A stretch of 64,000 bases of DNA from Phoronis australis (lineage: Eukaryota; Animalia; Phoronida). Every line of letters starts with the position of its first letter. The stretch's first letter is position 1. The DNA lies in contig NMRA01000213.1 in NCBI GenBank assembly GCA_002633005.1, positions 165,892 to 229,891 of the forward strand. Direction: 5' to 3'. The notes under the pieces are model-generated. The model saw nothing but the letters and a program-made list of their open reading frames with translations, ran no database searches and was not told the DNA's origin. Shown here in pieces: positions 11,323-24,410 of this stretch. The position numbers and the translations under genes are program-made.

Positions 11323-14300
11323 CATTCATTGTTTTTATGTACTACAGTGGACCCAGCCAGCCTGAAATACCAGAGCACCACTTTCTCATTTTGAGGTATT
11401 TACCCATAATGCAACACACTTCTCACATTCTTTTTGTTATGTAGTTCATCATTTTAACGCAGGCATGTGTTTATCATTGCATTCAGAGTTAGAATGTCAG
11501 CACCTAGAAATTGACCTATCACAAGCTCCGCCCCCGTGCGAAATGTCGACAAAAACAATTAGTTTCACTCGGCAACCTGTTGTTTGTCGGGTGAAATGGC
11601 GGCTTGGAAACGAAGGTGTGTCAAGAATGCTGCATTCTGATTGGTCAGTTGAGTCGTCACTCACAATTCTGGCAATAGGTCAATTGGCAAAAAGAGCAAG
11701 TATCAGTGCTGGATGTTCGTGTTAATGAGCTGAGGAGCAAGTGACATTTTGAACGTTAGATATACGAGGCAGTGCATTTTTCTATCTCCACGAAAGAGAG
11801 TTCTGCTGAGGAGGTATACTGGGATGGAAAAGACAAACAGTGTAGTATTGCCACTGAACACAGGTTTGAACGCCTGCCTCACATTAGTGAGAGTCCACTG
11901 TCCAAACCATTACAGACCAGACCGTGTCTCCCTTATTTTAAGTCTCACCTACAAAATCTAGATCATGTTGTTGTAAAAATTATCCAGTGTGGGCAGTCTA
12001 CTAAAGCCAAAAATTACTTTTTAATTCTGCAGACGTTATTGGGAATTTTGGAATTCTATTTGTATATATGATATCTCCTAAATTAACAAAAAATCAAAGA
12101 TTATGAATGAGTTCAGGTATTTGGTACGCTCATGATAGGGATTTGAATTTTATTTTTCTAGGTACACAGCAAGGGTTGAACTTGGGACCTAAAGGCCTTA
12201 CGGTTGTCAGTCTAATAGGTTAGGGTGTGATTGTATTGTTAGAGTGCTAGATCAACAAGTATAAAGTCGAAAAATTCTAGGTTCAAACCGTGTTGTGCAC
12301 GAGGAAGACATAACCCTTGTAATGATTACTATAAGTATACCTGGGAGTAATATACATACATTGGTCCTAGAAGTATACCGAGAATCTGTGTTCATTCTTC
12401 TACGAAAGAATTGTAATGCCTGGAAATGGTTTGAGAAATGACCAACCAAAGTGTGTGCAAATGAAGTTAAGATAGATTTGGTGTAAATAGACCAAGAAAT
12501 TTTTATAAATGATGTTGCTGCACATTTATTAGGCGTTTATAAGACACGGAAAAGTCTAGGTCTTTGTGTTTAACCATCCAGCCGAATCAGTGAATTGAAC
12601 TCGCCGCAGTAGGTGGCACTGAACATTGTCCACTAAGTACTCTGTCATTTTCTATTGATAAAACATATAAATGTCGGTCTTATATCGGAAAATAGGTATT
12701 TAGTGATAAACCCTTGTAGCTGGAAGTTAACATACCTCATGTTTACTCGTTTTATCGGTGTTGTTAATGATTGTAAAACACTATGAATTTCTTCATTATT
12801 GCGGTTATTCTTAAATTTTCAACACCATCCCCAAAGACTCAGATCTTGTTGCTGATCATCTACTGAACAGAGCTTGTGTCTTTGACCTTGTGTCGTTATG
12901 TCAACCCTTCGTGTATTGAAAGCACTCTTTTTTCCATTAGCTACTTGTTTTTTGCACTTAAGCCGGTGTTATTTTTTCAGTTGCTTCAAGGTATTTTCAA
13001 AAAAATCTTTCTATTCATTGTCCGACTTATTGTTTCTCCAATCTGGATTCCTAGAAGACATTGGTTTCTTAGTGCGTTTTGACATGTGCCTTTGAAAGCT
13101 TGACTACAAGTTTTGTTTTTAATAATAGTACTGATGATGATGGATATTTGGTAGCGTATTTGCTTATCTTATCAACAGTTGTCAACGACAACCACGTCAT
13201 TTGAACGTTTTACTCATTTATATGAAAATGTATCTGTAATTAGCTCTGGGTGCAATGAACTCTGTGTTAATTAAAACTTAATAACAAAGAGCACAGTTTG
13301 TGCAATGACCTTAACTGCTCTGACAAAAAAGAAACAGCGCCCCCTACATACAGTTGACGGCAATTAGTTGAAAAACTGATACGATGCCAGCACTGTGAGA
13401 TAACCAAACAAGCATTTCGGGTCCGTCAGAATGGTCACATCTTTTCAACACATCTGACGGGAGCTATGGTTGAGATTTTGAGCATAGACTTGCATTAACT
13501 TGGAGCCATATTGCTTTCATGGAAAATTTATAAAATTTCACTATGTTGTGTCCTGTTAAACAGGTGAGATTTTTCTGTGCACTATGCAAATTTCTGTACA
13601 CCTGTGTACCCATTGCACTAATGTCTACCTCACTGATTCCACTTTACACACTTATAGGAGTTCGTCAACTACCTATACTATAAATTATACTTTGTCCATT
13701 TTTTGCAGTTTATGTATTGCATGTATTAGGGGCAGTTTGCAAGTCACACCCAGTCCTCCAACTACACTTGGCAAATTACAACAAATTTTTAGGCTCATAA
13801 TTTATTGAGGTTTGTCTTTAACCTGTGTTTGTTTGAAACGTTACACCTGGTTTTCCTTATTTTTAGATCTTCCAGTAAAAATGTATCTAATGTATAGTGC
13901 AGTTGTTTCCTTGTTGCCTGAGTTATTTCTGAAAGTTGGACTGCAGTTTTGAAGAAGTGCATCCTTAATGGAATTTGAATGAGTTTACACCAAGTGTCTC
14001 GTGTGTGGCGAGGGCAACTCATGGGGACCGTCTCAACATCCGTCATTCTCCTGTCCATTGATGCAGAACGGAGATTTGTTTTGCGTCACACCCTGCTGAT
14101 TTCAGCTCGCAGAATCACAACACCGCTCTCAGGAAACAAGGATAGTTTTAGAATCACTTTAACTGTTTCAACCGCGCGTGTCGTTTCTGTTTTTGCACGA
14201 GTGCACCTGATTTCCATACCTGCAGTAAATCAACAGCGTTAAAACACAGAACATTGATTCACATGAGTAGGGATGTCAGTGTTATAAGATGAATTACGTT

Positions 14301-16003
14301 TATATGGAAAATAAAAACATTGGAATATAAAGTGCATATGTAGGTACAACTTTATTCTTGAAGAGGAATGAGAGATGAAATGAATTACTTTTAAAAAAAC
14401 TGATAGGGTTGTTGTCAGAACTGCTGGTTCTGCTGCACTTTGTATTCACTGAGTTGAGGTTATCGTTCTTGTTAAAATTTTCAATTTTCTTCAACTTTTA
14501 AATTGAGTTCAAAACGCATATAAGTCACTGGACCCAGTTTGACGAATATGGCATCTGAAATTTGGTAACTTAAAGGCGCCTGAAATTCAAATTGAATTAA
14601 TTTATACGTTATACTGTGAACCATGATCTTTGATCCTGGTTGAAAAAATTCCCAGAGCCAATTGCATTCAATAACAAACATCACCGTTTACATTTTTCTC
14701 TGAACCCCTATTAAATTTTTCCATGGTTGTTTTATAGAACGCAAGGGACATGTGGCTTTGGGTATTTTTGTATTCGGATCAAAGGTCATGATTCAGTTTC
14801 AATCATTACATATGAAAAGATCAGTTTAATTTGATTTTGGCCATCTTGTTCATTTGGGTCTGGCAACTTTAGGGGTATACATGCTCGTTTATTTGTTAGT
14901 ACAATTGCACATTTTATTCCAGTGTGCTTAAATTCCCCCTAAGTGACTGGAACGTTCTATTTAATGTTACTAGAACAGGTTATTGAGTTTAATTAGGATG
15001 AATTTAGCTTTTATATGTTTTCTTTAGCATCTTAAGATATATAACTACTTTTAAAATATATCTTTGTAAATAATTCTCCAGTGTTACTGCTGTTTTGACA
15101 TCTTGCATTTTATAAGTGAATGATTACCTTGCACTATTGGTAAAATATGAGTACAAATAACTGATATTGATCTTTCTAGTTCTCTTGATAGTTTTGTAAG
15201 ATGCCGTCGAACTTTTAAATAGTTGTGAAAAACGTAATTCTTTGAATTTCAGGCTTTTACCGAACTCTATAAGTTAGCATTTGATGGGGGTAAATTGTGT
15301 CGTTCCCACTGAGGTTGTTGTAGTGCACTGCCACCTGTGGAGACAATTGGAACTATGGAGCGTTAAGTTGTAACCTCTTTGAATTAAATGAGTCTCACTG
15401 GCAGTGTGGTTTAGTGATATCTAGTCAAACACATTACCTCAATTAGCATTGGTCCAGTGCCTAATGAAACATATGCTGCTCACACTCTGTCTACACATGG
15501 TCCTTAACTGTGTGTTAATCCCCAATAATGCACAGGTAAATAGAGATCACTGCTTGTTATTGTCTCTGCTTTTTTGGGATGAGTAGTCTGTGGTAATATC
15601 TTAAGTGCTGTTATATATATTTATATATATTGCATTTTAGTTGCTCGATCTGTTCCTTGTATAGATCACATTCCGGGAATGATTTTGCCACATAATGAGC
15701 CCAATGTTTCTTTTAAACCTTTCACTTCCAAATAATTTGACCGCTTTCATTACTGCTGTGTGTAATTTTTTCATATCATATCAATTTAGAAAATAGTTGA
15801 TTTTTCTCAGTAACGTTTGCATTTTCAGTTTATTTGAAAATTAAAATCATCTTTTTTGAGTTGCAAAATTTTTTTTAACCATTAATAGTCGGATTAAATG
15901 TTCCCTCGTTTCTATAGTAACAATAGTGATCAAATTGGCACCATTTCCATTTGACCAGGTTACAAACTTGTTACTGATGCTACACTGCAATTCTTTACCT
16001 GTT

Positions 16004-17409
16004 TAGCATACAACATGGCCGACAAGTGACATTCTACTTTGTCAAATTTATCCCCAAATGAAAAGACGTTATTTAAGTTTATTACCAGCATTGGTTTTTA
16101 GTGTATACATGTAGGTGTCACAAAACAACATTTGATAAAGTTTTCGTAATGATTGCGGCAAGTTAGTCAGCCTTTCAAAAATATGAGAATGACAATTTTG
16201 GCAATTATTTTTGTGGGAAGTCAGTGAAGAATTACTGGACATTTTATGAACGATACTGTGAGTTTACTCTGACATAGTTAAAAAGGACACATCATGGGCA
16301 TTAGATCCTTGTTTACTGATAACGCGTCCAAATATTAGCCATTTACCTGACGACAAATATGGAACACCCTCCCCTGTGTTTGCTGTATCTCTTAAACTAC
16401 TGTTATTCTATTACTCTTACATAATCTTTGTTCATCCGATTGTTTGTTGTATCGATTCCTGTTCTGCTTACCTGTTGTATACAATAAGGTTTGGTCCATT
16501 TTTAAGTTTTCCGTGATTGCTTGGCCATTGAATTGGAGGAGTGAATTTTGCGTAAAATGCAATGCCTTGAAAATTAACATGGTTTGTTGTTTCAACAATG
16601 TAAGATAAGCTAAGTCACTTCAGGGCCGACCGACCGTATGTGTGTATTTTATTCGCAACTTTACAAAATAATATTTTATCTGCAAAAACAAAATATTTTT
16701 GTAGTAAAACTTTGTGCATCTTAACATCGAAAAGTGCAAAAATTAAACATTTTAGATACTTGTTTAATACTCATCTCAAAGGAGTGTTGTTCAATTCATG
16801 GAAAACAATGAATATTTTAAGGGTAGCCTCGTCTGTTAGAACACGTGTTGTGTGAAGGAAGTGATTAAGTTATTGTTTTTGGGACCCTTTCAAAGCTTCT
16901 TCATTGTCCCCGGCGACACATAAAGGTGAATCAACAGGCCGTAGTACCACCACTGGTTTGAAAAAGGACTATGTTTCATTTAGTGCAAATGCTGTGTTGC
17001 ATTGTTTCAAAACATTTTTGCTTCATTTTGTCTGCATAAATTAGGTGAACCATCTTTTCAACTAACAATTTTAGCATATCAGATTTTTCAAAAACAGAAT
17101 TTTATAAAGAAAGATTTTGAATTTCTGTTAGTCCAACCAAAATTCATCGAGATTTTCTGACTGACAAGAATGCTCACATACAAATTCTAAACCTGAGTCT
17201 GAGCGGGAAATTGCATTATCTATGGTAATCATTCATGTATTTATTTTGGCAGACAATATAGCCGACAAGTGAAATTCATAATTGCCAAATCTCTGCACAA
17301 GAATAAAGATAAAGAAAATTTGGTCTATTACTAGCACAGTTTATGTTGTGTAGATGTTACAATACAACATTTGGTTAAGTTACCATTATCTATGGCCAAG
17401 TAATCTGCC
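16004..17409. repeat. Two diverged fragments (16004-16170, 17246-17409) of an old dispersed repeat, with a third at ~32030-32146
   Basis: Shared GCCGACAAGTGA.ATTC and TGTAG.TGT.ACAA.ACAACATTT blocks. Confidence 0.5.
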
Positions 17410-17590
17410 ATTGAAAATGGAAAAATTAATTTTTTGGATTTTCTTGCGAAATTAATAGATTAAGAATTTCCATGAATTGTTATCTTTAGCTCGTGTGTAT
17501 TTGATGTTCATGTGAAGTACAACATCGCTGTCACTCGATAGTACTGTTGCAACTGTCAATGTTATTTCACGGCTGTCTTCGTACTTTCAG

Positions 17591-17651
17591 GAGAAGAGTC
17601 TTGAGTCTCAACAAGCCAATTTACAATCACAGAGTCCGAAGAAATCTCCAG
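17591..17651 (+). CDS. SCAPER: SCAPER penultimate coding exon (phase 0 to phase 1), EKSLESQQANLQSQSPKKSP
   Basis: Acceptor tactttcag| and donor CAG|gtatgc. The frame is open and joins in frame to the 19704 exon, which gives a SCAPER-like C-terminus. The position next to Islet matches known synteny. Confidence 0.75.
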
Positions 17652-18683
17652 GTATGCGTCTGTCGCTAATTATTCTTTCTTGTCTTATTCACCATCAGGC
17701 TCAAGGATCTGCAGGTGTATGACCATCTCTATTCGTACTACCGTGCTTCAACCTGCATGAATCTACAGTGCTATGTTTATCAATCTTCTCCAACTAAATT
17801 AGCTGCCAGAAAGACGACAGTTGACAATGAATGAGCTCATTTAAGTTAATTAGATCGTGGCAAAAATTACCATAACGGCTTTGTTTGCATACTACGAGCC
17901 GAGAAGTTCACAGTTTTGTATTCTATTATTGCATTTTTTATAAATGCCGTGCTTGCACATTTTTATGTTGGGAAAAGTGTTGAGTCGCACTGCACTGACT
18001 TTTACCTGTTCTCTCTCAAAGCGTCCCACGTGCTAGAAAAATAAGAGTGAGCCTTTGTTTATTATGCAACAACTGAATTTATTCCAGCTATGTCTTGGTA
18101 CCTGCAAAGGCTGTGCCTACAAAAATGGAATGTTTAGTTTGTATGAGGTATAAATGGTCAGTTGCCTGCCACCCATAGAGGGCAGCTCAATTTACCGTTT
18201 TTGCCAGAATCACCAATGAGTTTGAATACATTTTTCGACCTCTATTTTTATCTTTGATGCCATTTCCATCGATTAATTGAACGGAGCATGACTATACATT
18301 TCCTCTGGCTATTTTTGAATTGAAGTAAGTTTTGTGTGCTTCCATTCTAAGCTTAATGTAAGCCACAACACTACTTGTATCTAAATTCGAGGTTGTTTAC
18401 CAAACAAAAGACATGGTATGTGGCAATCTCATTCTAACGGGCGTGATGCCCGGCTCAGACCGGACACTGCACTCTGGTTGTGAGAAATTCTTCACTTTGC
18501 GTCAGATCCAGATGATCCCGTTCGCTTTCGAATTTTCAAGCACACTGTGTAAATGAGTTAACCTTTTTTTGCATTTTCGTTTCTTTAAATATTTTTAATC
18601 CAGATGCCCAATGCCTGTTTACAGATTTGTGCCAAGGCTCTGAATCTTTCAGTTTTTGCTCAATATTGGCCCTGCTGACTGAA

Positions 18684-18758
18684 TTTGAAGTGGCTCACTT
18701 TGAAGTGACTTGCTTTGAAGTGACTAGCTTTGAAGTGACAAACTTTGAAGTGACTGAC
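18684..18758. repeat. 15-bp tandem repeat of (C)TTTGAAGTGAC, x5
   Basis: Units at 18684, 18698, 18713, 18728 and 18743. Confidence 0.9.
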
Positions 18759-19043
18759 TAGATAAAGTGACGTTCTTGCCGAGAAAAGTATTTTTTTTCG
18801 AAATTACTGTGGCTTGGATTCTGCAGTAGCAGTCAAATACTATACCGCTGAGCCAAATAACAGGCAGTTTATAGCAAGTATACTTGAAGAGTATTTAAGT
18901 TGTAAACAAACCGGCCTTGATTCCAGCAACTGTCTGGCAGACAACAACAGCAATTTGCAATTTGTAATAAAATGACAAAAACAACATATTCTAAAGTTTT
19001 GTAGCTCTGGTCAAACCTAATAACTTTAAGAATGGTGTCCCAT

Positions 19044-19522
19044 CAGGCCTTTATGCAGCGTATGCCCATTTGGGCGCCCTAGCACTAATCTGGAGGCCCT
19101 GGCAAGGATGCCCAATGTATCATTTGGATGCCCACTGTCAATAGGAACCTTTCAAGTTTGGACCCACACATTGTAATGAATAATAGGAAGCCTCTGAAGG
19201 CTCACAGTGGGGGCTCTTTCAAAGCTGGAAGAAATATACAATGTATATACAAAGTATATAAAATGTTGCTATGCTCACACTTGGTTGACAGCATTGTAAA
19301 AGTCTTGGTCTACACAGTTTTTTTAGTAAAAATGCTCACTATAGTAGGCTGTTTTGTAAACTTAGATGTAAAAACAGCTTGGTCTATGCATTTTTTTGTA
19401 AAAAAACTGTGTTTGGGGGGATTGCGGGAGGTGGGGGATTACGCGTCAGAATCATGGACGCCCTGGAATATTGGAATCCCCATTTTGGACACCCTATTTT
19501 CAAAATCCTGGACAAAGGCCTG
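19044..19522. mobile_element. Internally deleted copy of the same hAT family (479 bp)
   Basis: TIRs CAGGCCTTTATGCAG / CAGGCCTTTGTCCAG (rc) and 8-bp TSD TGTCCCAT/TGTTCCAT. Both ends are homologous to 3872-4839. A related end fragment lies at ~10590-10627. Confidence 0.85.
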
Positions 19523-19703
19523 TGTTCCATCCCTCAAAAATTCCAAGAAAGGACATTGGGTTGTATAGGCGATAATGTCCCCTTAATTCTAATACTTAGT
19601 TCTCTCTGCTTCTACTCATCTGTGTAAAGACTTCCTTGCTCGCTGTTGTTGTGTATAGTGCTAGCTTTCTGGTTCATTCAACTTGAATTATTCTTATTTG
19701 TAG

Positions 19704-19795
19704 ACAAGGACAATGGAGATGCCAGAATGGTTTTCTCAGCACGGTTTCCAGAATCAAAGTGGTCCGTCGCAAAGGAGTACTTCTCCCAGAAGTAG
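19704..19795 (+). CDS. SCAPER: SCAPER last coding exon, (D)KDNGDARMVFSARFPESKWSVAKEYFSQK*
   Basis: Acceptor ttcttatttgtag| and TAG at 19793-19795. RFPxxxWxxAxxFF resembles the human SCAPER C-terminus as I recall it (..RFPQQAWEEARQFFLKK..). It converges on Islet, as ISL2-SCAPER do in human. Confidence 0.8.
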
Positions 19796-20399
19796 CCGGG
19801 ACAGGTATGGAAAGTCAGTTTGTCCTCTCATCAGTACTCACCATTGGTGCTGTGACTATCGTTTATTGTTGTTTTCTAAGAGATTTTATTGTATTGTGAT
19901 GGATATTGGATGGCCTTCTATTGGAAGTTACCCTCGCGAAACTAACGTTTTTTTTTGCTCTCAGAATTATTTAAAGCTGCTTTTTGCCCTGTTTAGCATA
20001 AAATTGGTCCCCTAATATTCCTTCTTAGGATGCTATTTGTGTTACTGACGAGAATGTGGAATCCTGCTGTGTCTGCTGAAAACTCTTCAGAGTTGGTATG
20101 GACATTCTATCTCTGTAAGGAATAAGACTCATGATAGTGAAAGGACTAATTTTATTTTTGTTTTAGCCAACAAAACGGGGCGAAATGCAGATCTAGAGTT
20201 AAATTGTCAATAATTACTGTCCAGTTCACTATAAGAGAATATGCAAGTCCACTGATATTTCAATTAGACATTGGTTTTAACCTCCGTCACCAATTTTCTT
20301 GTCAGTTTCTTCACTTTTTTCATGTGATATGATTCATGGTTACAAAATCTTGAAGTTTGAGAGTCTATGGATTCTATAGAATTCTAATAAGTGCATGCA

Positions 20400-20760
20400 G
20401 GTCTTAAGGTTGTGATTGACAGGTTTGCAAACTGGCAGTGTATGAAAAGGTAAAGTCAGTGAGATATGATGTTTTTCACATCACTAGAATATATAATTAC
20501 GTTAACATTAGACAGTCATTTGACTTGTTCAGTGGCGGGAATCCCTACGGATGGCCTCGCCTTGCTCGGGGTCTTTCACAGTTCGCGCCACTTGTGCCAT
20601 TTGATTGGTTCCTGCGGGAGCATAAAAGATTTCCGGCCACCATCCTGCCAATCAATAGATCTTCTGCTCAACAGGGAGTGCGTTATTGACAGGAGTCGAT
20701 TATACGGTTTACGTGTTGCCTTAAATCAATTCATTCCCTAAGGCCATCACTTCTATTGTT
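20400..20760. promoter_or_regulatory. Candidate enhancer with clustered Pbx-Meis/Prep (TALE) sites
   Basis: TGATTGACAG at 20413-20422, TGATTGGCAG on - at 20645-20654 and TTATTGACAG at 20683-20692. Locally CpG-retaining. Confidence 0.4.
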
Positions 20761-23700
20761 GTGCGTTGTCTCCTTGAATGAGTTTGCTGTCCTCGATAAA
20801 CACAACTTTTGTCATTCCGTAACCGTTCTTTATTCCTCAAAGCATTTTGCAAAAAACGTGCACACTTTAAAAAGGCATTGTTGTTTATTTTTGTTTTGCA
20901 GACGTCCGTCTGCCTGTGGTGCAGATTTAGTAATGGTTGATCGATATAGGTTATAGCCTTTTATTTCTATCTTGTCTCTGGGTTTTTGAGATTTAAAACT
21001 TCTAGTATGCCACATTGGTTTTCTTTGCAGTAAACTTGCACATAGTTTATTCTTCACATTTTTGCCAGGTTGTACGGTATACATAGTAGATAGATAGATA
21101 TATGGTAGACAGATTTAGCACAAATACAAAATATACAATAAAAGACGTACAAAAGTACAGTAAAATACTAGCACGTAAAATAAGAGAGATCCGGAAAATT
21201 TTGCCACTTACTTACACGATGGTCCTGATTTCAAGTACAAAATGAAGAATAAATAATGAAGTTAAACAAATTGCGCAATATTAATGATGACAAGGAATAC
21301 ATATAAAAATATTTTTAAAAAGTGTTTATTTCTTCTAACAGACCGTACGTGAAATAATACACGTGCCTGCCTTCAAATTGAAAGTATTATGTGCAGGCAG
21401 AATATTATGAGTATAAGTGCATATTTGAAATCATCGTACACCATAGATTTTTTCACTTAGTCTTGAAAATGGATGAAGATTGACTTGCAAAAGGTGTGTT
21501 AGTAAACTTTTCCACAACTCTGGTTAAACTGAAAATAAACTTATTGGTAAAGATTTTTCGATGGAGGTAAGTACTGAGACAACTCTGGTCTCCCTGAGTA
21601 TATCGATGATATTATCCCATATATTTGAAGATATGGCCATTGTATATGTGACATATTCAACTGTGATATACGGGAAAGTAGAGCTAATCCGTATATCACA
21701 TTAGAAGCCGTATTCAACGGTAGAAGCCGTATTTCACGCTTGGTGTGCAGTCTGCTGGTGGAGTAAATTCGCATGTACAACGCCAAACTTTTTTGGGCTC
21801 AATCATTTGGGTTGCCTAAATCATTAATTCTAGGCATGGTTTACTGCTCTAAAAACAGAAAAGATTTACCAATGAAAATTCCGATGCACGGTGATCAGGC
21901 GGCTATTTTTGGGCCTCGCTAAAGTTTCAATACATACACATCATAGGTCAAACTAAGTAAAATCTGCCAAAATCGAATTCAAATCCAAGAAAAATGTTTC
22001 GTTATGGATGCATACAGTATATCTACCCTGAGATCTAATTTATTTATAGGAAATCGAGACCTATTAACAAGTACGTGCTTTTTTACTGAGGCAATCGTCT
22101 GCTCGCAGTGTTCAACTCTCCGCTGCCGGCCATGGCGTAAAACGTCTGCTTTACGATAGTCCTTACCTCAAGTTCTGCAAATCAGCACAGTTTCCACCAT
22201 TATTTTCCAATGCTGTGATCGACACATTGAAATGTTTCAATTACTATTTACAATGCAGAAGCTAAGACACGAAAATTGACTAAAAAAAGCCTCAAAATTC
22301 ATCGAAGCTAAAACCACAAGCTGTTGCAGACAACTCATTTCAGGGAATGTTGCAATTTTTATATTCTCAGATGGATTGTTTCTAAGTTTCCGACAAACTT
22401 TTGATGTAATTGAATGGTTCAGTGCTTTAACTTGTATATTTCACAATCTAAAAATACCAATCAATTTATTACGAAATAAAACTTTACTGGTTATTCAACA
22501 CTTTCACAGATTGTCTTGTAGCTTAACCAGTTTTGGTATCGTATTTTGCATACATATGACGTCATATAGCAACAAGCCTGATCACACGGCAACAAGGTAT
22601 TGCCACCATGATGCAAATATGTCCAAATATATGGGATAAATAGGTTATCCCACATTAAACTTAAACTGAAGAAATGGAAATGTTATCAGCAATTAACAAG
22701 TCTTGCGCTCAGTTTAAAGTTGAGATTTGGTGTAATAGTTCACACACTTTTTCAAGAACAACGAAGACCCGAATATGATAATTTTCCGTGTTGGAAAACA
22801 CTATGAAGGTTATTTCCTCAAAGTTTTATGTTTAATGATTTTGTAAATTAGGCCTGGATTGTTTGCCATTGTTCATGGCTAAGAAAGATTAAGCTTCATC
22901 AAGCTTTGCCATCTCTAACAATGGATCACCCTTGGGCTCATGAAGAACTGAGACCTAAGGGCTTTTGATGTGGTGACATACTGCTTTCCTGGTGCTCCAG
23001 GGGTAATGCACCGATTCCCAAAGAAATGTGTGTAAACGAGTGTAACTGAAGAATTTTATGTACAAAACTGCAACAGAATCAGCCGACAGCTATTCAATAT
23101 TTGAGAGTCTAGTGAATGTAAAAAATTAAAAGGACAGTGATGAGTATAACTATATCACAAGTAACACATATTTAAAGGGTATAAATTACTTTCATATGTT
23201 ATAAGGAATAGTTATGGAAAATTTGTTAACGTCACCTCATTTCTTCACAGTACCCTCAGCAGGACGGACACATTTTAAGATTTCCAAACAGTTAAACCAT
23301 GTATTTGTTAAGACAATCAACAACAATTGAATTGTTGTGTTTTACAAAACTTACCTCAAACAAAAATATGTAAACATGTCACAGTACAGCTAGTAAACTA
23401 TGACGTGTTATGTGTTGCAAAATTCAATGTTCAAAAAATTAGGTTTGATGTAATTATGTGTATTCGATACCTTATATTTATATTTGATCTTATAGTTTGT
23501 ACATTTGATGTCAAAATATTTGTATTCCATAATGAAAATACTTAAACAGCTAGAGAAATTTTGGTGTTTGTATTTATGTATGCGCTGGCAAATGCAAAAT
23601 ATCCGTTGATTCTGATCCAGGTTTGATGTATGATCTCATGGTGATCTAGCTCACTTGGTCATGTGATATTTTCTAGGTTGTGTTTTTATAAACATGGAAT

Positions 23701-24009
23701 CAAAACATGATTGCTTCACTAATTAACATAATTTTTGTGCTTTTAGTATTTGGATGTTTAAAGTTACGTTCCACGGCAAGTAAAATACAATAGAAAATGT
23801 AAAACAGCAGATATTCATAATATTACCATTTCGCAGCCACAGCTGTAAACCTCAATTTTTCATCTCATGTTTTTGGGCTACGAACTTGTGTCGTCTCGAG
23901 TAAGGTGCCATTTTTCAAGCCCTAAATGACGTCAGTTTTAAAACCAACGCGCATCTTTCCTTGAAATGTTGTCCATCTTAATGCTAGGTTTCACTTGTGT
24001 TAGAATCTG

Positions 24010-24410
24010 GGCCCGGTCTCTAATCTTTGTACTCGAAACGAACTCGAAACTATTTTTGGCAATTTCTCTGCTCCTTTTGTGCGAACTTAAGATAATTGGC
24101 TATCAGACTGTGCTCGAATATATTATAGTTTATGCATTGGAGTTTTTAGTTCTAGTTTGCCCTTGAGGACCCTTATATTCGTGCTACAAACTCAAGTAAA
24201 AACTCGAAATTTCGAGTTCAAACTCGAACTTATTGCTTTAATATTGGGTTTACAAACTGTTAACTAAGGGCAATAAATTATCTGCGTAAGTTATTGTGTA
24301 CTCCAGCATAGAATAATAGACACTTATCTTGAGTTTGCCCAAAAGTTGAGTAGAAAATGCCAAACCTAATTTCGAGTTCCATTTCGAGTAAAAAGATTGG
24401 AGACCGGGCC
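24010..24410. mobile_element. PIF/Harbinger-type MITE, copy 1 (401 bp)
   Basis: Long TIRs GGCCCGGTCTC(T/C)AATCTTT(G/T)TACTCGAAA and a 3-bp TSD CTG (24007-24009, 24411-24413). The element is an imperfect palindrome with repeated ACTCGAA. Confidence 0.88.

Noticed and set aside
11348-11395. 48-nt exon candidate (ctacag|...TTTGAG|gtattt)
   Set aside because: Weak donor, a stop in the phase needed for SCAPER, and no SCAPER similarity.
11520-11700. GC-box + CCAAT + hairpin (TTTCACTCGGCAA..TTGTCGGGTGAAA) as an internal promoter or ncRNA
   Set aside because: Such motifs are common in TE interiors and it adjoins a MITE remnant. There is no supporting TSS or exon.
19128-19627. ORFs containing MDALEYW..HFGHP (also at 4771-4965) as a gene family
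   Set aside because: Both lie in the right end of the same non-autonomous hAT element.
19713-20015. ORF-track protein MEMPEWFSQHGFQNQ... as the coding frame
   Set aside because: A different frame of this exon gives the SCAPER-like C-terminus and fits the upstream exon phase. The ORF also runs past a splice donor.
21080-22700. Possible LINE and DNA-transposon remnants
   Set aside because: Composition suggests repeats, but I could not identify a diagnostic peptide, TIR or second copy.
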